A DNA stretch of 24,000 nt, from positions 722,282-746,281 of the forward strand of contig NZ_JBCAUS010000002.1 of the NCBI RefSeq assembly GCF_038432375.1, given 5' to 3'. Numbering within the stretch: the first letter of the stretch is position 1; every line of letters starts with the position of its first letter. Positions 16,479-23,548 of this stretch are shown piece by piece. Both the position numbers and the translations under genes were made by a program. The notes under the pieces are model-generated. The model worked only from the letters and a program-made list of their open reading frames with translations. It had not been told where the DNA came from and searched no databases. The stretch comes from Methanococcoides cohabitans. GTDB lineage: Archaea; Halobacteriota; Methanosarcinia; Methanosarcinales; Methanosarcinaceae.

Positions 16479-16570
16479 TATAATCGTCTCCTTGATATGG
16501 ATTCCTTAATAATCGGGCTTATAATGATCGTTATAATCGTCATGAATCACTACGATGAGCATCGATCAAT

Positions 16571-17353
16571 TCAGATGTTAAGAAGGAATTCCTCCCTTAT
16601 CTTAGCACCTATCTCACATGATTTTTCAACAGCTTTCAGGAACTTCTCTTCTGAAAGCGAACCTGCACCGCTCTTCTGCATAGCACAGATCGAACCATCC
16701 TGGTTTGAAACAATAGTAACCTTTGTGTCACATACTGATTCTTCGTTGTTGCTTGCATCGATGAAGTACTCACCACCGACCTTGACAAAGGTAAGTGATA
16801 CAGGCATCTCACGAATAGGCATCTTCATGTCCTCTCCACGGCCTTCGCGTTCTGCCGGGACGGTTGCAGTCATGAGAGCTGAGATTGCACCAAGTGATGC
16901 TGCATCCAGCAGGTTTCCGCTGTCGTTCAGGACATGGACGTCAATAAAGACCATCCAGACCTCTTCTCCTTCCGTAATACACAACTTGTTTAAATCAATT
17001 GCGCCTGATTCACGGATTCCACGGTCTACCACGCGTGCCATTTCAATGGCCTTTGGCCTTGGAGGACCTGCTTCGAAGTCAGGGGAAGCAATAGGGTTCA
17101 GTTCCATACTGGTGATGATAACACCCTGGTCAGCAGAATCCGGGAATGGTGTGCCGACCTGAAGCTTTACACCTACAAGTACCTGGGTATCACCCATGTA
17201 TACCATTGCAGAACCTTCTGCTTTGTCTATAACGTTGGTCTCAAGCCTGATATCACGAATCTCGTCAAATGCACGACCATCCTCACGCTCACCCTTGAGA
17301 GCAAGATTGAATATATAATCTTTTTTAAGTCTTGATACAGCTTCATTGCTCAT
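16571..17353 (-). CDS. rrp42: exosome complex component Rrp42
   Basis: This is an RNase PH-like protein (REDGRAFDEIRDIRLETNVIDKAEGSAMVYMGDTQVLVGVK). The track start is at 17392. The ATG at 17353 (MSNEAVSRL...) has AGGTGA 5 nt upstream and overlaps the rrp41 end by 11 nt, so I prefer it. Confidence 0.9.
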   Translation of the reverse strand: MSNEAVSRLKKDYIFNLALKGEREDGRAFDEIRDIRLETNVIDKAEGSAMVYMGDTQVLVGVKLQVGTPFPDSADQGVIITSMELNPIASPDFEAGPPRPKAIEMARVVDRGIRESGAIDLNKLCITEGEEVWMVFIDVHVLNDSGNLLDAASLGAISALMTATVPAEREGRGEDMKMPIREMPVSLTFVKVGGEYFIDASNNEESVCDTKVTIVSNQDGSICAMQKSGAGSLSEEKFLKAVEKSCEIGAKIREEFLLNI

Positions 17354-18374
17354 ATTTCTCACCTTCTTCCTCAGGCACTGAAGCACTTTCATCTAATTCT
17401 GCTTCCTCAGAGAGTTCTTCCTCGACTGACTCTACCTCTTCTTCATTCTCAGCCTCGGTCACTTCAAATTCAGTGACGTCTTCTTCGAACATAGCTTCAG
17501 CCTCTTCAGCATCCTCGACCTCTTCGTCCTCTTCCTCTTCAAGGTCTTCGCTTTCTTCAACAGCTTCTTCTTCCTCAACTGCTTCGGAAACCTCTTCTTC
17601 CTCGGACTCGAGCTCGGCCTGAAGTTCAGCGTCTTCCAGGACCTCTTCCTCTTCAATGGTACCGAACTTTGACATAAGAGCAGCTTTCTGTATCTCAAAT
17701 ATCTGCTCACAGCCTTTCTTTACCATCTCGATACCTCTGGTGATCTCATCAGCAGTAAGGTTACCATCCATCTGCAACAGAGTAATGTCGCCATCCTCGG
17801 TCATTGCAATAGGGAGGTCAGCATCACCATAGTTGTCCTCAGGTTTGTTAAGGTCAAGAACAAGCTGACCGTCCACCTTACCGACAGCACAGGCAGCTAC
17901 CAGTCCCTTCATAGGAATACCGGCATCAACCAATGCAAGTGTTGCAGCGTTGATAGCAGCTGTCCTTGTTCCGGCATCAGCCTGAAGGACCTCTGCGAAT
18001 ACATCGATAACAGCAGATGGGTAATACTGCTTCATGACAACAGGTTCGAATGCTTCTCCGCTTACCTTTGATATCTCGGTACTTCTCCTGCTTGGACCAG
18101 GCCTTATGCGGTCCTCTACAGAGAAAGCTGCCATATTGTACCTGTATCTCACCAGAGCCTCACCCGGGCGCTGAAGCCTGCGTGGGTGGAGTTCCCTTGG
18201 ACCATAGACAGCAGCAAGGACCTTGTTGTTACCCCATTCAAGATAACAGGAACCATCGGCCCTTGAGAGCACGCCCATCTCGACGGTCATAGGGCGGATC
18301 TCATCAGCACGCCTGCCGTCAAGGCGAATCCCGTTCTCATCAATAAATTTTTCCGGTTTATCACTCATATTCAA
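17343..18374 (-). CDS. rrp41: exosome complex exonuclease Rrp41 with a long acidic C-terminal extension
   Basis: The RNase PH core is clear (IRLDGRRADEIRP...DGSCYLEWGNNKVLAAVYGPRE...TLLQMDG). It is followed by roughly 100 residues made up almost entirely of Glu, Asp, Val, Ala and Ser. Confidence 0.93.
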   Translation of the reverse strand: MNMSDKPEKFIDENGIRLDGRRADEIRPMTVEMGVLSRADGSCYLEWGNNKVLAAVYGPRELHPRRLQRPGEALVRYRYNMAAFSVEDRIRPGPSRRSTEISKVSGEAFEPVVMKQYYPSAVIDVFAEVLQADAGTRTAAINAATLALVDAGIPMKGLVAACAVGKVDGQLVLDLNKPEDNYGDADLPIAMTEDGDITLLQMDGNLTADEITRGIEMVKKGCEQIFEIQKAALMSKFGTIEEEEVLEDAELQAELESEEEEVSEAVEEEEAVEESEDLEEEEDEEVEDAEEAEAMFEEDVTEFEVTEAENEEEVESVEEELSEEAELDESASVPEEEGEKYEQ

Positions 18375-18418
18375 TCTCCAATTTCATCTCTTTACTCCCA
18401 TAATTCAGCAGGGCCTTC

Positions 18419-19207
18419 TTATGCCTCATCTACATCTTCATCTAACAGGGCATCGACCTTACGATAGGTTTCTTCTGAAACGTTGTCCTCTTTTGCGGGC
18501 AGAGATGACCTTTCTTCCTCTATCAGCTCATCCGCATCAGACACTGAAACCTCTTCGGGCTCATTTTTAAGGAACCTGCTCACTTTATCCGTTAAACCGG
18601 ATATATGAGATTCACGTTCGATCATTTCGATCGCATCTGCCAGGTGATCCATATCACCTGCTTTTCCATTGATCCAGATACGTCCGTTCTTTCCTACGAA
18701 CACATCACAGCCTGATTCTTTCTTAAGGATCGAGACCATGGAACCACTGTGACCGATCACACGAGGTACCTTTGCAGGCATAATATCGATGATACGGCCT
18801 TTTGTCAGCACCCTTGTACCGGGCTCACGCATGGTAAGCTCCACCTTCATGGACTTGCTGACATCTTTTACACGAACGATCACGCAATCCCCGACATCAA
18901 CATATTTCCTCATTTCCGAGGAGTCGACACGTTTCGGGTATTCGGAAACATGAAGCAATCCGTCATAAGGGGAACCGGTTTCCAGAATCCAGTTCGAAGG
19001 TGTCACATCAATTACAGTACCAATTATGAAATCCTTGCGTGAAGGAAGATATTTTCCTGAAAAAGGTACAACTGAAACGTTGTTCTTGACGTTTGCAATT
19101 CCGTACAGCAGGGAATAGACCTTGCCGTCCTTTACATATGTTCCAGCACCGGACATGCCCTCTTTATCAGAAAGGAGCTGGCCGGGGATTACGATTTTCC
19201 TATCCAT
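18419..19207 (-). CDS. rrp4: exosome complex RNA-binding cap subunit Rrp4 (S1 + KH)
   Basis: The 262-aa protein reads MDRKIVIPGQLL...GTVIDVTPSNWILETGSPYDGLLHVSE (S1 domain) ...VPRVIGHSGSMVSILKKESGCDVFVGKNGRIWI (KH domain). It has an acidic C-terminus. Confidence 0.92.
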   Translation of the reverse strand: MDRKIVIPGQLLSDKEGMSGAGTYVKDGKVYSLLYGIANVKNNVSVVPFSGKYLPSRKDFIIGTVIDVTPSNWILETGSPYDGLLHVSEYPKRVDSSEMRKYVDVGDCVIVRVKDVSKSMKVELTMREPGTRVLTKGRIIDIMPAKVPRVIGHSGSMVSILKKESGCDVFVGKNGRIWINGKAGDMDHLADAIEMIERESHISGLTDKVSRFLKNEPEEVSVSDADELIEEERSSLPAKEDNVSEETYRKVDALLDEDVDEA

Positions 19208-19218
19208 GAACTAACCTC

Positions 19219-19911
19219 TTACAAAAGTTTGGTTTCTGCATCCCCTTTTGTCAGATGGTTAACAAGACCGTAAAAATCATTCTGCAATCCTGCAGGCATC
19301 TTTACAACAGCAACCCATGAACCGTCATTCTCCCACCTGTCTTTGAGCATAGTGCCGAACTTTGCAATATCACCATATGATTTTCCGGCATACTCTGAAG
19401 GGATCTTGACCTCTACCTCTACTTCCTCGAAGCGGATAGGTATGATAGGTCTGATAGCCTTCATGACAATGTTCACCTGTTCATCAACGCTCTTGAGCGG
19501 ATCGATGTGAACCTTTGCCTCTTCCATTGCCTTCTCGATACGTGCAGGTGGATGAGGTGTCCTTGTCTGTGGGTTGATAGCGTTCTGTGCAATAATGGAA
19601 ATTACCTGTTTGGTCTTTTCCTCAAGAATGTGTTTCCTCTGCTCTTTAGTAAGCTGAAGTTCACCGTGCTTGATAATGTGTGCTGCGATCTCGAACACGT
19701 CAGTGGTGTCGAATGCACTGGCAAGATCGGACTCTGCTATATGGTCCCCGGTACTGGCGTCTTCGAAGACTGACTCTACTGCAAGAATGTCCTCGATCTT
19801 TACATCGCCGCCCTTTTTGAACTCCAGTGCCCCGTCAGGATCTACAAGCACTTCGTAATGTTTGCTGCCTTTCTTCAACCTTGCAACCAATGATTCATCA
19901 AGTGATACCAT
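19219..19911 (-). CDS. SBDS (Shwachman-Bodian-Diamond) family ribosome maturation protein
   Basis: The 230-aa protein has VARLKKGSKHYEVLVDPDGALEFKKG...VFEDASTGD, the SBDS N-terminal domain. It occupies the conserved position between psmA and rrp4. Confidence 0.9.
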   Translation of the reverse strand: MVSLDESLVARLKKGSKHYEVLVDPDGALEFKKGGDVKIEDILAVESVFEDASTGDHIAESDLASAFDTTDVFEIAAHIIKHGELQLTKEQRKHILEEKTKQVISIIAQNAINPQTRTPHPPARIEKAMEEAKVHIDPLKSVDEQVNIVMKAIRPIIPIRFEEVEVEVKIPSEYAGKSYGDIAKFGTMLKDRWENDGSWVAVVKMPAGLQNDFYGLVNHLTKGDAETKLL

Positions 19912-19948
19912 ACTCTACTCCCTCCTAGTTTACTAAGCAATGTAAAAA

Positions 19949-20722
19949 TCACTCTTCCGGCTGTTCCTCTGTTACTTCCTCTTCGTCGTCTTCCCTGTGT
20001 TCTTCAAGAATACGCTCCACAAAGGATGCGACCTCATCTTCAGGACATTTCCTGAACTTGCGATCTTCAAGGGTTACCATGCCGACCTCAAGCGTGGATG
20101 CATCAATTTTCACATCCGTTGCCCTGTAGAGAGCTTCCATTCCAAGCATAACTGCTTCATCCATGGACATGTCCTCTGCATATTTCTCCTCAAAGGTCTC
20201 CATGAATGTGTTGCGTCCTGCACCAATAGCAGTTGCCTTGTATTCAAGAAGTGCACCGCTAGGATCACTTTCGAATAGCCTTGGCCTGTTGTCGTCAACG
20301 CCTGCTATCAAAAGGGCAGTACCGTAAGGACGAACTCCTCCATACTGGGTGTATGTCTGCTTGTGGTCGCAGATCTTCTTGGAAAGTACCTCTACACCTA
20401 TCGGTTCGTCGTATGTGACCATATTTATCTGGGCTTCGACCCTTGCACGGTCCACAAGTGCACGTGCATCTGCAACAAGACCTGATGTTGCAACACCAAT
20501 GTGCTCATCTATCTGGAAGATCTTTTCAATCGACTCTGCCTCAATCAACCTGCTTGTGATCCTTTTATCCACCAGCAGGACCACACCATCTTTTGCTTTT
20601 ATGCCGGCTGCCGTAGTTCCTCTCTTAACAGCCTCCCTTGCATATTCTACCTGGAAGAGCCTTCCATCAGGACTAAAAACAGTAATTGCTCTATCATAAC
20701 CCATTTGTGGTGCCATTTGCAT
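19949..20722 (-). CDS. psmA: proteasome subunit alpha
   Basis: [37 protein letters not shown]... is, from memory, nearly identical to Methanosarcina PsmA. The C-terminus is acidic. Confidence 0.96.
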   Translation of the reverse strand: MQMAPQMGYDRAITVFSPDGRLFQVEYAREAVKRGTTAAGIKAKDGVVLLVDKRITSRLIEAESIEKIFQIDEHIGVATSGLVADARALVDRARVEAQINMVTYDEPIGVEVLSKKICDHKQTYTQYGGVRPYGTALLIAGVDDNRPRLFESDPSGALLEYKATAIGAGRNTFMETFEEKYAEDMSMDEAVMLGMEALYRATDVKIDASTLEVGMVTLEDRKFRKCPEDEVASFVERILEEHREDDEEEVTEEQPEE

Positions 20723-20799
20723 GATCTTTTATCTCCTACTATTTACTTTCGTGATGCTAAAAAACGTATGAATAGAGTTTCTGTACATTCACCTTGTTC

Positions 20800-20831
20800 A
20801 ATTATAACTTAATTAAATTATTATATATATG
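20800..20831 (-). promoter_or_regulatory. AT-rich block with strong TATA-like elements; candidate internal promoter for psmA
   Basis: The minus strand reads ATATATATAATAATTTAATTAAGTTATAAT in the 114-bp gap between rnp2 and psmA. Every other junction in the cluster is 92 bp or shorter, and many overlap. AGGAGA lies upstream of the psmA ATG. Confidence 0.45.
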
Positions 20832-20836
20832 ACTGT

Positions 20837-21199
20837 TCATGGTTCTTGTTCAGGATTATATACCATACACCCTTCTAAATACTTATTTGTTGCTCCATGA
20901 ACAGTTCCCGATATGCCCAGAACATGGACCATAACAGGTTTACCATTTATTGAGGTAACCGAGGCAAGCACTGCACGTGTCATATCAACTCTTTCCCTTA
21001 TACAGCGCACAACACCTTTAGAATCCTCAAAATCAAGCAGTCTTATATCACATTCACTGGAACCTTTATCGCCAATAAGAGCTCCTGCGCATGAAAATAT
21101 CTCTCGCAGAAGGTCGCTTCTCTCCACACCTTCACCGCCTATCAGTTCAAAGGCAAAGTACCTTTTGTTGGTACGCTGTGTAGGAGGCAGTATCTTCAT
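20837..21199 (-). CDS. rnp2: RNase P protein component 2 (Pop5 homologue)
   Basis: The 120-aa protein starts MKILPPTQRTNKRYFAFEL, the Pop5-type N-terminus. It overlaps rnp3 with ATGA. Confidence 0.85.
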   Translation of the reverse strand: MKILPPTQRTNKRYFAFELIGGEGVERSDLLREIFSCAGALIGDKGSSECDIRLLDFEDSKGVVRCIRERVDMTRAVLASVTSINGKPVMVHVLGISGTVHGATNKYLEGCMVYNPEQEP

Positions 21200-21942
21200 T
21201 CGAGATCACCTTCATTTTCTGATGCTACACCTTCAACGATCTCCACGCCTTCACAGATGAAGTTATGTCCCCGGCGACTTCTGCTGATGATCTCCGCAGG
21301 AGTTTCGCTCAATGCACTTTTCGCCTCATCGCGCTCCATGCCAAAAAGTGTTGCAAGGGCCATCATTTCATGAGGAGCACGCAGCTCGTAGCAAAATGAT
21401 GCATTATTGGTAAGCAGGAAAGGAACATCATATTTCCTTGCAAGCATCAGGTTCTCCCTGAAATGGGAAAGAGCATGTACACGTCGTCCACCACGTAATG
21501 TGATCAGTGAAGCCATATCAAATGCGATGGCAACATTGTTATCACTTGCAGATTTCGCAAGCACATGGTTCAGGCCACTGTTCTTTGGAGTGCCAGGATG
21601 CAGTAGTACATCAACGTTAGGATTTTCCACCGCTGCCCGGTTTATACCTTCATCGCCGCCATGTACTGCAAGGACATCCGCTTTGTGGCGGAACTTCCCG
21701 ACGAGTCCGTGGAGCTTTGAAGGATTGCTAGCCACAAGCTCGACCCCGCGAAAGATCTCAATGCCTGCTTCAGAACCAACTTTAGCAACCGGGTCTGAGT
21801 TAGAATGATTGGTCATGCCAATTCCGGCAAAACCAAGATGTTTTGCCATTGCAGCCATTTCCTCCTGTGTGCTTTTGCCATCAGGTGCACAGTGCACACA
21901 AAGATCATAGAACACAGGATCAGCCAAACAATTCCTCCACAA
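21196..21942 (-). CDS. rnp3: RNase P protein component 3 (Rpp30 homologue, PHP/TIM barrel)
   Basis: The sequence reads FYDLCVHCAP...GIGMTNHS...LAVHGGDE...VDVLLHP. The track start at 21942 is a TTG. A second in-frame TTG at 21927 lies 6 nt after GGAGG and may be the real start. Confidence 0.85.
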   Translation of the reverse strand: MWRNCLADPVFYDLCVHCAPDGKSTQEEMAAMAKHLGFAGIGMTNHSNSDPVAKVGSEAGIEIFRGVELVASNPSKLHGLVGKFRHKADVLAVHGGDEGINRAAVENPNVDVLLHPGTPKNSGLNHVLAKSASDNNVAIAFDMASLITLRGGRRVHALSHFRENLMLARKYDVPFLLTNNASFCYELRAPHEMMALATLFGMERDEAKSALSETPAEIISRSRRGHNFICEGVEIVEGVASENEGDLE

Positions 21943-22375
21943 TTCGCCCGGCTTGCTGGCGATCTTTCGGATAGGTCTCGATCTTCATTTTTATAATAAT
22001 TGCATCTGAAGAAGAGGACAGCCTGACCTTACCTTCACATGCTGCCTGTTTATCGAACCTTAAGTGGAACATCTGGTCATCATCCAGCCTGTCAGGCATC
22101 TCACTCCTGAGCAGTTCAACATCCTCATCGGTCATGTTCCCGCGTACAAAGGTCGCAAAGGCCTTCGTATCAGGCTTTCGTTTGATAGTAGAACTGAAAA
22201 GGGTTATCGGATTGCCATAATGGCCTTCGATCTCAAGTGCTTCAACATACTTTCCAGTATCTGTGCACTTGCCCTTATCAAATGAATTCAATAAAAAGAG
22301 GTCCAGAGCATCTCGCACTCTGGACACGTCCTCAGTAGCATGTGCGCTTACGCGCACAGAGATATAGTGAATCAC
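21920..22375 (-). CDS. predicted RNA-binding / exosome-associated protein (COG1325, DUF54 type)
   Basis: The 151-aa protein starts [24 protein letters not shown]. Its GTG start overlaps the rpl15e stop (GTGA). It occupies the position held by the predicted exosome subunit in the archaeal superoperon. Confidence 0.7.
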   Translation of the reverse strand: MIHYISVRVSAHATEDVSRVRDALDLFLLNSFDKGKCTDTGKYVEALEIEGHYGNPITLFSSTIKRKPDTKAFATFVRGNMTDEDVELLRSEMPDRLDDDQMFHLRFDKQAACEGKVRLSSSSDAIIIKMKIETYPKDRQQAGRIVEELFG

Positions 22376-22965
22376 TTTCTGCTGCTGTTAATGTTTGATC
22401 TGACGCTTGGCCTGGTCTTCTCAGTACCCTTGCCGCGCTTCTTCATACCTCTGCCCTTGCGGCCTGCGCTGGTCTTACCACGGAATGTCCTTCCGGAGTG
22501 AGTCTTGTCACAGATCCAGTTGAGGTTCTTGTCGCTCTTGATAACAGGGTGGCTTGGGTCAACAAGGATGACTTCATACCATTTCTGCTTACCGTCTTCA
22601 CCGACCCAGTAAGAGTTGAGGACTTCCATGTTAGGGTATTTCCTGCTAGCACGCTCTTCAGAGATCCTCTGGATGCTCTTTGCGACAGTGATCTTGTTCT
22701 TACCCATGTGCTGGGTACGCCTTCCACGAATGTAGCGTGACTTCCTCATGCTACCCCTTCGTACCTTTACACGTGCAACGACGATACCCTGCTTTGCCTT
22801 GTATCCGAGTGCTCGTGCACGGTCGATACGGGTTGGGCGCTCGACCCTTGTAACGGAGCCTTCCTTTCTCCAGTCCTGAAGTCTTTCCCACCTGAGCTCA
22901 CGAACATATGAGTCCTTTGGGTTCTTCCATGCATCTCTTACATAGCTGTAAAATGATTTTGACAA
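22372..22965 (-). CDS. rpl15e: 50S ribosomal protein L15e (eL15)
   Basis: [59 protein letters not shown] is an unmistakable L15e sequence. The track start at 22974 is a GTG inside the AAGGTGA Shine-Dalgarno sequence. The in-frame TTG at 22965 lies 5 nt after it and gives the family-typical MSKSFY N-terminus. Confidence 0.93.
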   Translation of the reverse strand: MSKSFYSYVRDAWKNPKDSYVRELRWERLQDWRKEGSVTRVERPTRIDRARALGYKAKQGIVVARVKVRRGSMRKSRYIRGRRTQHMGKNKITVAKSIQRISEERASRKYPNMEVLNSYWVGEDGKQKWYEVILVDPSHPVIKSDKNLNWICDKTHSGRTFRGKTSAGRKGRGMKKRGKGTEKTRPSVRSNINSSRK

Positions 22966-23075
22966 ATTTTTCACCTTAGTTTCATGTTAGTTTCACGGTT
23001 CAGCCAAAGTTACTTCGGCCACACTCCTACGGGACTCTCATCCCGACAATGAAACATCGGTTAGTACATACAACA

Positions 23076-23092
23076 TACCATTTAAAGCTTTG
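23076..23092 (-). promoter_or_regulatory. candidate TATA box (CTTTAAATGG on the minus strand) for the rpl15e superoperon
   Basis: TTTAAA at 23081-23086 matches the archaeal TTTAWA core. It lies about 115 nt upstream of the rpl15e start, which implies a leader of roughly 90 nt. Confidence 0.35.
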
Positions 23093-23129
23093 TATGAGAA
23101 GAAATACAAAATAAGCAGAGCTACTTGAT

Positions 23130-23162
23130 ATTGAAATGATAAAGAAAATAAAAGAAAGAATG
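23130..23162 (-). terminator. oligo-T terminator downstream of tRNA-Trp
   Basis: The minus strand immediately 3' of the tRNA reads CATTCTTTCTTTTATTTTCTTTATCATTTC. Confidence 0.5.
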
Positions 23163-23361
23163 TGGGGTTGGTGAGATTCGAACTCACGATCGACGGGTCT
23201 CTCCGAACACTGCCATTACGACAGTAAATGTTCTTAAAGAACACACATCAGTGCTCCAACGGTTCCTCACCGACCTACCCCGTCGGGTAGATCTCAGCAG
23301 ACCCGTTGTTCATCATTTATCCGCTGGAGCCCGTCGCCATTCCTGGCTAGGCCACAACCCC
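23163..23361 (-). tRNA. tRNA-Trp (anticodon CCA) with a 125-nt intron at position 37/38
   Basis: This was folded by hand. The acceptor stem is GGGGTTG/CAACCCC with discriminator A. The D arm is GCC..GGC. The anticodon stem is ACGGG/CCCGT with loop CTCCAG|intron|A. The variable loop is CGATC. The T arm is GTGAG-TTCGAAT-CTCAC. The 5' exon is 23361-23324, the intron 23323-23199 and the 3' exon 23198-23163. A bulge-helix-bulge motif is formed by CTCC/GGAG with 3-nt bulges at both junctions. CCA is not encoded. Confidence 0.9.
23248..23316 (-). ncRNA. box C/D guide RNA embedded in the tRNA-Trp intron
   Basis: The elements in order are the C box ATGATGA (23316-23310), a 12-nt guide ACAACGGGTCTG, and D' CTGA (23297-23294). 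These are followed by C' TGAGGA (23269-23264), a 12-nt guide ACCGTTGGAGCA, and D CTGA (23251-23248). Both guides are complementary to the tRNA's own anticodon arm. Confidence 0.85.
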
Positions 23362-23476
23362 GCAACCTTGCGATTGCACCCCTCAAATACATCTCATCAA
23401 TAATATAGGTATCGGTATGAAGGGCTAAAATCTCGTACCGGGATATGCCAGAGCACACCCGGAAACACAATAATGT

Positions 23477-23533
<57 letters not shown>

Positions 23534-23548
23534 GATCCAGCAATTTAG

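Noticed and set aside
17332-17622. 96-aa serine-rich plus-strand ORF
   Set aside because: It is the antisense reading of the GAA/GAG-rich acidic tail of rrp41 (TTC/CTC read as Ser/Leu/Phe). It is an artefact of low-complexity sequence.
22990-23045. Possible free-standing box C/D sRNA in the rpl15e leader (GATGAGA ... CTGA)
   Set aside because: The C-like box is UGAGAG/AUGAGA rather than UGAUGA. Only about 31 nt separate it from CTGA, which leaves no room for D'/C' boxes and two guides. I could not identify a guide complementarity.
23395-23410. TGATGA (C-box-like) in the tRNA-Trp upstream leader next to a TATA-like CCTATATTATT
   Set aside because: No downstream CUGA D box precedes the tRNA 5' end. 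This is most likely a chance hexamer. The TATA-like element itself is plausible, but its spacing to the mature 5' end (about 40-48 nt) left me unsure, so I did not list it as a feature.
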